Shown: positions 38,809 to 47,604 of the stretch, in pieces
How the letters are laid out: every line of letters starts with the position of its first letter
Position numbering within the stretch: the first letter of the stretch is position 1
NCBI GenBank assembly: GCA_015258785.1
Contig: JABZHP010000001.1
Coordinates: forward strand, 6,434-70,433
Reading direction: 5' to 3'
DNA from: Atopobium sp.
GTDB taxonomy: Bacteria; Actinomycetota; Coriobacteriia; Coriobacteriales; Atopobiaceae
DNA: 64,000 nucleotides
The notes under the pieces: generated by a model
What the model saw: the letters and a program-made list of their open reading frames with translations, nothing else
The model's database searches: none
What the model was told of the DNA's origin: nothing
Position numbers and translations under genes: made by a program

Positions 38809-40896
38809 ATGGCTGAGGTTAGAGACTTCCTTTTTGAGATTGGTTCTGAAGAGATGCCTTCTGCTCCATTGCAGAAAGCTATTGCTCAGTTCAATAAGCT
38901 CGTCGTTTCCGGACTTAAAGACTCTGGTTTGTCATTTGGAGAGGTTAAGATCCTCTCGACACCTCGTCGTTTAACCGCCTACGTTAAGGACGTTGCTGAG
39001 GCAACAGAAGAGATTTCTGAGGTCAAGCGTGGTCCTAAGGCAGAAATTGCTTTTGATGCAGAGGGCAGGCCAACCAAGGCTGCTGAAGGATTTGCTCGTA
39101 AGTGCGGTGTAAGTGCTGATGCACTGACCCGTCGCGTAGATACCGACGGTCATGAGTACGTTTTTGCGGAGCTCAATATTCCTTCAGTTCCTGCTACAAA
39201 GATTCTCTCTGAGCTGGCAACTTCTTGGATTGCTGCTCTTGACTGGCCTCGCAGCCAGCGCTGGGGTTCTTTCCACGAGCGCTATGTTCGTCCTGTTCGC
39301 TGGTTGTGCGCTCTTTTTGGTTCAGAGATTGTTCCTGTTACGTACGCTGATGTAACCAGCTCAAACACCACCCAAGGCCATCGTGTTCTTGGTCCTGGTT
39401 ACCATGAGGTAGCCAGTCCAGCAGACTATAAGCAGGTACTTAAAGATGCCGGCGTTTTGCTTCAGGAGCAGAGAAAAGACGTTATTCTCGCCGGCATTAA
39501 AGAGGTTGAGGCAGCTCGTCCAGGATCTCACGTCGATATGCCAGAGAAGGTCTTTGAGGAGGTCATTAACTTAACTGAGTGGCCTCAGGTTCTTGTGGGT
39601 ACCTTTGACGAGGAATTCCTTAACGTTCCTTCAGAGATTATTACTGAGTCCATGCTTTCCAACCAGCGCTATTTCCCAATCTATGACGCTCATGGCAAGC
39701 TGACTCGCGAGTTTATTGTGGTTTCTAATGCAGACCCATCTTGCGCCGAGCGCGTCATTGACGGCAACGAGCGCGTTGTTCGTGCTCGCCTCGACGACGC
39801 TAAGTTCTTCTTTGAGGAGGACTTGAAGCACACGCTTGACGAGTTTGCTCAGCGTCTAGAGACTGTTGTTTTCCAGGAGAAGCTTGGTACGGTTCTGCAG
39901 AAGACCCAGCGAATGGAGGCTCTTGCTGCAGAGATTGCGCTCGACGAGACATCCAGCAAGGAAGAGGCAGAGCTTGCTGCTCGAGCCGCTCATCTTGCTA
40001 AGGCAGACCTTGTCAGCCAGGCAGTTGTCGAGTTCACCAGTCAGCAGGGCGTCATGGGTGGCTACTACGCAGAGGCAGCTGGCGAGAAGAGCGATGTAGC
40101 TGCAGCTATTCGCGAGCACTATCGTCCTCGCTTTGCTGGCGACGAGCTCCCAAGTGGCCAGATTGGTCGCTTTGTAGCTATTGCTGACAAGCTTGATACC
40201 ATCTGCGGTATCTTTGCTATCAACGAGCCACCAACCGGCTCTTCCGATCCTTACGCTGTTCGTCGTGCAGCAATTGGCGTCATTGCGCTGGTCCGTTCTA
40301 CCTCCAACCTTGACCTCAAGAAGCTTATTGCAAGCTCTCTAGAGCTTTACCGCCAGCAGGGTCTTGCTGTTGACGAGTCTGTTCAGTCCCAGGTTGAGCA
40401 GTACTTTATTGGTCGCCTTGCATCTATTGCTAAGGACGAGAAGATCTCTGCAGATGCTATTGAGGCTGTCAGCGCAATTGGTGTTATCAATCCTGATGAG
40501 TTCCTTCAGCGTGCTCGCGCACTTGATGAAGCGCGTCAGAACGAGCCTGAGCTCTTTGAGGACCTTGCTACTGCTTATGCACGTGCAGCTCACCTCAGTG
40601 ACGCTTCTCTTGGCGTAGAAGTTGATACAGAGCTTCTCACTGAGCCAGAGATGTCATTGCTCGCTGCTTGCGAAGAGGGCCAGAAGCAAGTGGCTGCTGC
40701 TCTTGCTAGCGCGGACTATGCCGCTGCTGTTTCTGCGCTGTCTCAGCTGCGTGAGCCAATTGATATTTTCTTCGATAAAGTGCTTGTCATGGACGAAAAT
40801 GATACCGTTCGCCGAAATCGCTTGCGTCTTTTGAACAAGTTTGCCCAGGTATTTAGTAATGTCGCCGATATTAGTGTGCTTTCTCGCAAGAAGTAG
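38809..40896 (+). CDS. glyS: Glycine--tRNA ligase beta subunit
   Basis: Directly follows glyQ. 695 aa with GlyS-type domains. Confidence 0.9.
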   Translation: MAEVRDFLFEIGSEEMPSAPLQKAIAQFNKLVVSGLKDSGLSFGEVKILSTPRRLTAYVKDVAEATEEISEVKRGPKAEIAFDAEGRPTKAAEGFARKCGVSADALTRRVDTDGHEYVFAELNIPSVPATKILSELATSWIAALDWPRSQRWGSFHERYVRPVRWLCALFGSEIVPVTYADVTSSNTTQGHRVLGPGYHEVASPADYKQVLKDAGVLLQEQRKDVILAGIKEVEAARPGSHVDMPEKVFEEVINLTEWPQVLVGTFDEEFLNVPSEIITESMLSNQRYFPIYDAHGKLTREFIVVSNADPSCAERVIDGNERVVRARLDDAKFFFEEDLKHTLDEFAQRLETVVFQEKLGTVLQKTQRMEALAAEIALDETSSKEEAELAARAAHLAKADLVSQAVVEFTSQQGVMGGYYAEAAGEKSDVAAAIREHYRPRFAGDELPSGQIGRFVAIADKLDTICGIFAINEPPTGSSDPYAVRRAAIGVIALVRSTSNLDLKKLIASSLELYRQQGLAVDESVQSQVEQYFIGRLASIAKDEKISADAIEAVSAIGVINPDEFLQRARALDEARQNEPELFEDLATAYARAAHLSDASLGVEVDTELLTEPEMSLLAACEEGQKQVAAALASADYAAAVSALSQLREPIDIFFDKVLVMDENDTVRRNRLRLLNKFAQVFSNVADISVLSRKK

Positions 40897-40957
40897 GGTA
40901 CGCTTAGACTGATAAATGTTTGTATCTTTCTGAATAGTTGACTGAAAGGGTTACAGC

Positions 40958-41353
40958 ATGAGCACACTTGATATTGACAACAACTCTCTTGGTGATGGTC
41001 TGCCTATCGTCTATGTTTTGTCAGATTCCCGCGGAGAGACCGGTGCTGCAGTAGTTAAGGCTGCTGCTGCTCAGTTTGGCGATGATTCCGTAGAGATCGT
41101 AAGGGTTCCAAACATTCACAGCGTTGAAGACGTTCGCGCGTATTTCAACGAGCATGAAGATGAGAATCGCCCTCGTGCAGTCTTCCACACCTTTGCAGAT
41201 GGCTCTCTCAGAAGAGAGATTCGTCGTGAGCTTGATCAGCGCCTCATCCCATCAATCGATCTTCTGGGACCAGCAGTAAACGTTATTTCTACGCTTACCG
41301 GCGAAGAGCCAAGCCACGCAATTGGCGCATTCTTTGAGGGAGTTACGCGCTAA
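40958..41353 (+). CDS. Truncated PPDK regulatory protein (PDRP/DUF299) retaining only the N-terminal domain; possible gene remnant
   Basis: PIVYVLSDSRGETGAAVVKAAAAQF...RVP...DLLGP aligns with the N-terminal half of B. subtilis YqfL/PDRP as recalled. The ORF stops at 131 aa, before the P-loop C-domain. Only 280 nt of non-coding sequence follow. Confidence 0.55.
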   Translation: MSTLDIDNNSLGDGLPIVYVLSDSRGETGAAVVKAAAAQFGDDSVEIVRVPNIHSVEDVRAYFNEHEDENRPRAVFHTFADGSLRREIRRELDQRLIPSIDLLGPAVNVISTLTGEEPSHAIGAFFEGVTR

Positions 41354-41390
41354 GAGAGTGCCGACGCCTCAAAATATCAAAAAGTTAAAT

Positions 41391-41420
41391 GAGCATCCAT
41401 TTGGGGTGCTCATTTTCTTT
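41391..41420 (+). terminator. Rho-independent terminator after the PDRP fragment
   Basis: GAGCATCC-ATTT-GGGTGCTC (one G-U pair), then ATTTTCTTT. Confidence 0.5.
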
Positions 41421-41634
41421 ATGGAGAATTTCACAATTTGCAATCATAAGTTTGTAAATAATTCTGTGAACGGTCGATATTGACCGCTCACCGTTATTTT
41501 GTTCAGATGAATCGCGTAGGTTGGTAACATACTATGAATGTGAGGACAGAACTAACTTTGTTTGGTTTGATGTCTTTGCGTTCAATTGTGTTGGTGCACG
41601 CTTTGCGTGTGACAGTTTGAGAGTTTGGAGTGTT

Positions 41635-44397
41635 ATGTCCGAGAAGCACGTTTACAGCTTCGGAAAGGACCACGCCGGTAACGATGTTACTGAGGTCGCT
41701 GGCGCATCCGTAGAAGAGGCAAAGTGGATTGTTGGTGGCAAGGGAGCAAACCTTGCAGAGATGTCTAAGATTGGTCTGCCTGTACCTCCAGGATTCTCAA
41801 TTACTTGCCAAACTTGCGTTGCTTATTCCAACAACGGCAACGTCTGGCCTGAGGGCGTCACTGATGAGATTGACGCAGCTATGGCTACCCTTGAGGAGCG
41901 CATGGGCAAGAAGCTCGGCGATGCAGAAGATCCACTGCTTGTCTCCGTCCGTTCTGGTGCACCATTCTCCATGCCTGGCATGATGGACACTGTTCTTAAC
42001 CTTGGTCTTAACGATGAGTCCGTTCAGGGCCTCATTAAGCAGACTGGTAACGAGCGCTTTGCTTGGGACTCTTACCGTCGTTTTGTTCAGATGTTCTCTG
42101 GCGTTGTTATGGGCGTCTCTGGACAGCTCTTTGAGGATGCAATTGCTGCTAAGAAGGCCGAGAAGGGCGTTAAGCTTGATACAGAGCTGGACGCAAATGA
42201 CCTTCGTGACCTTGTAACTTGGTTCAAGGGCATCTTTGCTGCAAACGTTGACGTTAAGGAGCACCCAGAGGTCTCCAAGAACGGCTACGCTGTCTTTCCA
42301 TCTGATCCTTACCTCCAGCTCCGCCTTGCTGAGCAGGCAGTCTTTGGTTCTTGGATGAATGACCGCGCAATCCTTTACCGCAAGCAGAACAAGATTCCTG
42401 ATGAGCTTGGTACTGCAGTTAACGTTCAGGTCATGGTCTTTGGTAACAAGGGTGAGACTTCTGCAACTGGCGTTGCATTTACTCGTAACCCTGCAGATGG
42501 TACTAACGAGCGCTACGGCGACTTCCTGATCAACGCTCAGGGCGAGGACGTTGTTGCTGGTATTCGTAATACTGAGCCTATTGCAGACCTCGTTAAGGTT
42601 CCTGCACTCAAGGAGGCAGGCGAGGAGCTCTTCCACGTCTTTGAGATTCTTGAGGATCACTACGCAGACATGATGGACATCGAGTTCACCATTGAGAATG
42701 GTAAGCTCTGGATGCTTCAGACTCGTGTTGGTAAGCGTACTGCTCTCTCTGCACTTAAGGTTGCAATTCAGATGTACGAAGAGGGTCGTATTACTAAGGA
42801 GCAGGCTGTTTCTCGCGTTGCTCCTGAGCAGCTCGATCAGCTTCTGCACCCACAGTTTGATCCTAACGCTGAGTATGAGACCATTGCTAAGGGTCTTAAC
42901 GCTTCTCCTGGTGCAGCTGTTGGTGCTGCAGTCTTCTCTTCTGCAGACGCTGAGGCTTTTGCAGAGGCAGGCAAGCCTTGTATTCTTGTTCGCTGGGAGA
43001 CCACTCCAGATGACCTCCACGGCATGGTTGCTGCAGAGGGCATCCTAACTTCCCACGGTGGCAAGACCAGCCACGCTGCTGTTATTGCTCGTGGTATGGG
43101 CGCTCCTTGCGTCTGCGGTGTTGATACACTCCGTATTGATGCTGCTAACAAGCGCTTCACCGTTGCTGATTCCGGCCTTGTTGTTAACGAGGGCGATGTT
43201 ATCTCCATCGACGGCACCACTGGTGACGTCATCCTTGGTGCTGTTGAGCTTGTTCAGCCAGAGCTTTCTGGTGACCTTCAGACCATCCTTGCATGGGCAG
43301 ACGAGGTCCGTCTTGACGAGTCCCGTGGTCGCGTCATTGGTGTTCGTGCAAACGCTGATAACCCAGCAGACGCTCAGACTTCCGTTGATAACGGCGCTGA
43401 GGCAATCGGTCTTGACCGTACTGAGCACATGTTCCTTGGTGAGCGTAAGCACCTCATTCAGGACTTCATCCTTGCAGACTCTGAGGACGTTAAGCAGCTT
43501 GCTATTGAGCAGCTTGGTCGTGCTCAGAAGGGTGACTTCCTTGGTATGTTCAAGGTAATGGACGGTAAAGACGTTGTTGTCCGTCTTCTTGACCCACCAC
43601 TGCACGAGTTCCTTGATTCCCCACGTGAGCTTGACGTTGAGATTGCTCGCGATGAGGAGCAGGGTAAGGACACCGCTGCAAAGCGTGCTCTTCTCGCTAA
43701 GTTTGACGCCTTCCAGGAGGCAAACCCAATGCTCGGCCTCCGTGGCTGCCGCCTTGGCCTTGTCTATCCAGAGCTCAACGTTATGCAGGTCCGCGCTATC
43801 GCAAGCGCAGCTGCAGAGCTCAAGCGCGTTGGTCTTGACCCTCGTCCAGAGATCATGGTTCCTCTGGTTGGCTTCGAAGAGGAGCTTATCCAGGTCCGTG
43901 AAGAGGTTGAGGAGACCATCAAGCAGGTTGCTGATGAGTACGGTGTTGAGCTCAACATCCCAGTTGGTACCATGATCGAGCTTCCACGTGCAGCTATCAT
44001 GTCTGAGGAGATTGCTAAGCACGCAGACTTCTTCTCCTTTGGTACTAACGACCTCACCCAGACATGCCTTGGCTTCTCTCGTGATGACGTTGAGTCCGCA
44101 TTCATGCCTCTCTACCTTGAGCGCAAGATTGTTAAGACCAACCCATTTGCAACCCTTGATAAGGGCGTTGCAGAGCTTGTCCGCATGGGTGTTGAGGGTG
44201 GCCGTAAGGGTAATCCTAACCTCACCATTGGTGTCTGCGGTGAGACTGGTGGCGATCCAGAGTCCATCCACATGTACTACAACCTTGGTCTTGACTATGT
44301 CTCCTGCTCACCATACCGCGTGCCAATCGCACGTCTTGCTGCAGCACAGGCAAAGATTCAGGCTAACGGTGGTCCACAGAAGATTGCTACTAAGTAG
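41635..44397 (+). CDS. ppdK: Pyruvate, phosphate dikinase
   Basis: PEP-utilising enzyme motifs including GGKTSHAAVIARG (catalytic His and regulatory Thr) and the C-terminal TIM barrel. ATG at 41635 after a GGAG RBS; the track's longer ORF lacks an RBS. Confidence 0.95.
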   Translation: MSEKHVYSFGKDHAGNDVTEVAGASVEEAKWIVGGKGANLAEMSKIGLPVPPGFSITCQTCVAYSNNGNVWPEGVTDEIDAAMATLEERMGKKLGDAEDPLLVSVRSGAPFSMPGMMDTVLNLGLNDESVQGLIKQTGNERFAWDSYRRFVQMFSGVVMGVSGQLFEDAIAAKKAEKGVKLDTELDANDLRDLVTWFKGIFAANVDVKEHPEVSKNGYAVFPSDPYLQLRLAEQAVFGSWMNDRAILYRKQNKIPDELGTAVNVQVMVFGNKGETSATGVAFTRNPADGTNERYGDFLINAQGEDVVAGIRNTEPIADLVKVPALKEAGEELFHVFEILEDHYADMMDIEFTIENGKLWMLQTRVGKRTALSALKVAIQMYEEGRITKEQAVSRVAPEQLDQLLHPQFDPNAEYETIAKGLNASPGAAVGAAVFSSADAEAFAEAGKPCILVRWETTPDDLHGMVAAEGILTSHGGKTSHAAVIARGMGAPCVCGVDTLRIDAANKRFTVADSGLVVNEGDVISIDGTTGDVILGAVELVQPELSGDLQTILAWADEVRLDESRGRVIGVRANADNPADAQTSVDNGAEAIGLDRTEHMFLGERKHLIQDFILADSEDVKQLAIEQLGRAQKGDFLGMFKVMDGKDVVVRLLDPPLHEFLDSPRELDVEIARDEEQGKDTAAKRALLAKFDAFQEANPMLGLRGCRLGLVYPELNVMQVRAIASAAAELKRVGLDPRPEIMVPLVGFEEELIQVREEVEETIKQVADEYGVELNIPVGTMIELPRAAIMSEEIAKHADFFSFGTNDLTQTCLGFSRDDVESAFMPLYLERKIVKTNPFATLDKGVAELVRMGVEGGRKGNPNLTIGVCGETGGDPESIHMYYNLGLDYVSCSPYRVPIARLAAAQAKIQANGGPQKIATK

Positions 44398-44428
44398 GTT
44401 TTCTTCTAGACACACTGCAACAAACTCA

Positions 44429-44455
44429 AGAGGGCGGCTTCGGTCGCCCTCTTTT
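44429..44455 (+). terminator. Rho-independent terminator after ppdK
   Basis: AGAGGGCG-GCTTCGGT-CGCCCTCT followed by TTTG. Confidence 0.75.
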
Positions 44456-44511
44456 GCTAGACAGCAATAACCTGCTATTATGTGATAAAGATGCAGGTAC
44501 AAGGAGGTTTC

Positions 44512-45570
44512 ATGTTATCCATTAGACGAGAAGATCTTGAAGCTCGCGAGCATCAAATCTTATCTCCTGAGGCGGCTTTTTCTGATCAAAGTAAAGGTCG
44601 CGCGGTAGCAGAGGAACCTGACCAGTACCGTACCTGTTACCAGTGCGATAGAGACCGTATCCTGCATAGTAAGAGCTTCCGAAGGCTTGCCCACAAGACA
44701 CAGGTTTTTCTCGCCCCAGAAGGGGACCACTATAGAACTCGTCTTATTCATACACTTGAGGTTTCGCAGATTGCGCGCTCAATCGCGAGACCTTTGGGAT
44801 TAAACGAAGACCTTACTGAGGCAATTGCGCTTGGACATGACTTGGGCCATACACCGTTTGGTCATATTGGCGAGAAGGCGCTTTCGCACGCTATTAGCCT
44901 GTATAGGGGAATGGACCCCGATGCTCCAGAAAATGAGTATATTTTTGCCCATAATCAGCAGAGTGCCCGCATTGTTGAGTATCTGGAGAAAGACGGTCAG
45001 GGTCTTAATCTTTCTCATGAGGTTATTGATGGAATTAGATGCCACTCAGGTAATCTACGTGCAGAAACAGCAGAAGGAAGAATTGTTGCTATTTCGGACC
45101 GCATTGCGTATGTAACGCACGATATTGATGACGCAAAACGAGCAGGACTTCTTTCGGAGGAGTATCTCCCAACTGAAGCTCGAGAGGTTCTTGGAAATAG
45201 CTCACCTGAGCGCATTGAAAACATGGTTCACGATATTGTCTCTGAGAGCTCTCGCGTAGGCGATATTAAAATGACCGACTCCATGTGGGGCGCCATGATG
45301 ACCATGAGAGCATTCCTGTTTGCTAATCTGTATGCATCAGGAGATGCAAAATACGAAGAGCCCAAGGCATATGACCTCATCATTGAGCTGTTTGATTACT
45401 TTGTTAACCATTTAGATGAGGTTCCCGCAGAATATAAGTGTCATGACTTTGATCATCCAGAAATCCAAGTAGCAGATTACGTGTCTGGTATGACCGATAG
45501 ATATGCAACCAGAGTGTTTGAAGATCTTCGCCTTCCTCGTTCCTGGGGTAAAAGAAGATATGTAAAGTAA
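44512..45570 (+). CDS. dgt: dGTPase-like HD-domain phosphohydrolase (deoxyguanosinetriphosphate triphosphohydrolase-like protein)
   Basis: RTRLIHTLEVSQIAR...GHDLGHTPFGH HD motifs. ATG at 44512 after AAGGAGG. Confidence 0.8.
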   Translation: MLSIRREDLEAREHQILSPEAAFSDQSKGRAVAEEPDQYRTCYQCDRDRILHSKSFRRLAHKTQVFLAPEGDHYRTRLIHTLEVSQIARSIARPLGLNEDLTEAIALGHDLGHTPFGHIGEKALSHAISLYRGMDPDAPENEYIFAHNQQSARIVEYLEKDGQGLNLSHEVIDGIRCHSGNLRAETAEGRIVAISDRIAYVTHDIDDAKRAGLLSEEYLPTEAREVLGNSSPERIENMVHDIVSESSRVGDIKMTDSMWGAMMTMRAFLFANLYASGDAKYEEPKAYDLIIELFDYFVNHLDEVPAEYKCHDFDHPEIQVADYVSGMTDRYATRVFEDLRLPRSWGKRRYVK

Positions 45571-45598
45571 GTTTTATCCAAACTAACCCTTGTACAGT

Positions 45599-45621
45599 GG
45601 AAAGTATTCACGTATACTTTC
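45599..45621 (+). promoter_or_regulatory. Perfect 9-bp stem hairpin GGAAAGTAT-tcacg-ATACTTTCC in the rplS 5' leader (candidate L19 autoregulatory/leader element)
   Basis: Read directly. About 60 nt upstream of the rplS start, with no T-run after it. Confidence 0.3.
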
Positions 45622-45683
45622 CGTCTGTGTGTTAACTATGTGTCGTTCGCAAGGGCGTCGGCACCTCTAGAGATGAGGAAACA

Positions 45684-46025
45684 ATGGACTACATTCGCGC
45701 TATTGAGCGTCAGCAGATCCGCGAGGACATTCCTGAGGTCCGCGTTGGTGACAACGTAAAGGTTCACTATCGCATTGTCGAGGGTGACCGTACTCGTGAG
45801 CAGGTCTTCCAGGGTGACATCATTCGTCTTTCCGGCGAGGGTTCCCGTGAGACTTTTACCGTTCGTAAGATCAGCTTTGGCATTGGTGTTGAGCGTACTT
45901 TCCCACTTCACTCACCAAAGATTGCTAAGCTTGAGGTTCTTCGCCACGGTGTTGTTCACCGCGCTAAGCTCTACTTCCTGCGCGATCGTGTTGGTAAGGC
46001 TGCTCGTCTTCGCGAGAAGCGCTAA
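45684..46025 (+). CDS. rplS: 50S ribosomal protein L19
   Basis: Typical bL19 sequence ([14 protein letters not shown]...[12 protein letters not shown]...). Confidence 0.95.
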   Translation: MDYIRAIERQQIREDIPEVRVGDNVKVHYRIVEGDRTREQVFQGDIIRLSGEGSRETFTVRKISFGIGVERTFPLHSPKIAKLEVLRHGVVHRAKLYFLRDRVGKAARLREKR

Positions 46026-46044
46026 TCAACTTCATATGCTCTTT

Positions 46045-46069
46045 AAAGCCGCCTCCGGGCGGCTTTTTT
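46045..46069 (+). terminator. Rho-independent terminator after rplS
   Basis: AAAGCCGCC-TCCG-GGCGGCTTT followed by TTTA. Confidence 0.8.
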
Positions 46070-46099
46070 AGTACCATAATCGTGTGGTTTGGAGAAAAC

Positions 46100-46873
46100 A
46101 TGGCTGATTCTGCTAAAGATATACTTGCTCGTTTAAGCGATGCCCCAGAGACTGAGGTATACGAACTCATAGCTCGTTATAGCGAGGACCCCCGTAAACA
46201 GGTTATCAAGGCTCTAGAGTCAGCTAAAAAGCGCATTGAAAAAGAACATGCCGAGAAGACCCGTGTAGAAGAAATGTATCGCTTTCAGAAGGAGCTTTCT
46301 GGGGGTGGACTTGTTGTTGGTGTTGATGAGGTGGGCAGAGGTTCTGTAGCTGGCCCTTTATCGGTTTGTGCGGTATGTTTGCCAGAGGATCCTATCATCT
46401 ATGGACTAAACGATTCCAAAAAATTAACCGCAACAAAGCGAGAGATTCTAGCGGCACAAATTCAAGAAGTTGCTACAGCAATTGGCATTGCTCATATTGC
46501 TCCTCAAAGAATTGATGAAGTTGGCATGGCACAGTGTTTAAGAGACGCTATGCTTCAGGCTGTCAAAAACACAGGTATTGAGCCTGAATGCGTCTTGATT
46601 GATGGAAATCCTATGCATATCCACCCCAAAGAAAAGACTCTTGTTAAGGGTGATGCACGCATTGCTTCTATTGCTGCTGCTTCAATTGTGGCAAAGGTAA
46701 CAAGAGATGCTCTTATGGTGGCCTATGACGAGGAGTACCCTGGCTATCACCTGGCAGAATGTAAAGGATATGCCTCTGCTGAACACATTGAAGCTATTGG
46801 TGAGATGGGACTTTCTCCCATACATCGTGCGTCGTTTTGTGGAAACTTTGTTAAGACGCAAAGACTGTTTTAA
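46100..46873 (+). CDS. rnhB: Ribonuclease HII
   Basis: GVDEVGRGSVAGPLSV active-site motif and RNase HII-type DSK. ATG at 46100 after GGAGA. Confidence 0.85.
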   Translation: MADSAKDILARLSDAPETEVYELIARYSEDPRKQVIKALESAKKRIEKEHAEKTRVEEMYRFQKELSGGGLVVGVDEVGRGSVAGPLSVCAVCLPEDPIIYGLNDSKKLTATKREILAAQIQEVATAIGIAHIAPQRIDEVGMAQCLRDAMLQAVKNTGIEPECVLIDGNPMHIHPKEKTLVKGDARIASIAAASIVAKVTRDALMVAYDEEYPGYHLAECKGYASAEHIEAIGEMGLSPIHRASFCGNFVKTQRLF

Positions 46874-46920
46874 TACATCCAATTCAAGCAATCAGATTAA
46901 CTTTCAGACGCAAACAGGGA

Positions 46921-46956
46921 CCCGTTCATTCTAAGAGGAGTGAACGGGCTTTTTAT
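46921..46956 (+). terminator. Rho-independent terminator after rnhB
   Basis: CCCGTTCA-loop-TGAACGGG followed by CTTTTTAT. Confidence 0.65.
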
Positions 46957-47085
46957 AGAGTCGAAAGCCCGTAATATCAAATTTTTTACTTTCGTCAGAA
47001 TCATTACGCTGTTTAGACAGACAGCAGTCAAGTTAGTGTCAAAGTGCTCCTGCAAACTGAACTCTCCCACTATGAAAGGAGAGTT

Positions 47086-47604
47086 ATGAGCAAGAAAGAC
47101 ACAAGCAAGTATCCAGGTTCTTTGCCTAATGAGGTAGAAGAGAAACCCTCACCACAGGAGGAGCCAAAAGATCAGGACAAGGTTTCTGAAGAGGATGACG
47201 CACAAGAGGGAAGAATTCCGCTAGAAGAGATGTCTTCTCGCCAAATTGGCGAGAAAGGCGAGGAGATCGCTGCAAAATACCTCATCAAAAGAGGCTACAA
47301 AATTATCCAAACTAACTGGACGTGTCAGATTGGTGAGGTTGATATTGTTGCTCAAGATGGCGATAACGTTGTGCTTGTTGAGGTAAAGACAAGACGTATT
47401 TTGAACAAAGACGATAGCATCATGCCTGAGCTGGCTGTAAATAGGGCAAAGCAGGAAAAATACAGAACGCTTGCGCTTATGTATGCAGCGCTTCATCCAG
47501 CACTTACCTCTATTAGATTTGATGTTGTTGCTATTAATCTGGTAGCTCCAAGCACAGCAAGCCTAAGGCATTTAATTGGAGCATTTAGCTGGGACGAGCA
47601 ATGA
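47086..47604 (+). CDS. yraN: YraN-family (UPF0102) endonuclease with a charged N-terminal extension
   Basis: GEKGEEIAAKYL...EVDIVAQDG...LVEVKTRR matches the YraN family. ATG at 47086 after AAAGGAGAG. Confidence 0.8.
   Translation: MSKKDTSKYPGSLPNEVEEKPSPQEEPKDQDKVSEEDDAQEGRIPLEEMSSRQIGEKGEEIAAKYLIKRGYKIIQTNWTCQIGEVDIVAQDGDNVVLVEVKTRRILNKDDSIMPELAVNRAKQEKYRTLALMYAALHPALTSIRFDVVAINLVAPSTASLRHLIGAFSWDEQ
47234..47257. repeat. Inverted pair of the dispersed motif inside yraN coding sequence: CTTCTCGCC-aaatt-GGCGAGAAAG
   Basis: Read directly. In-frame coding for SSRQIGEKGE. Confidence 0.5.

Noticed and set aside
41797-44271. Two roughly 400-aa minus-strand ORFs (41797-43020 and 43045-44271) inside ppdK
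   Set aside because: Antisense to PPDK, whose frame shows unmistakable motifs. These are typical long shadow ORFs caused by GC3 codon bias.
46917-46975. Alternative pairing CGGGC...GCCCG overlapping the rnhB terminator, as a possible riboswitch-like element
   Set aside because: The alternative helix lies 3' of the terminator rather than competing upstream of it, so it cannot act as an anti-terminator. More likely a bidirectional terminator or coincidence.
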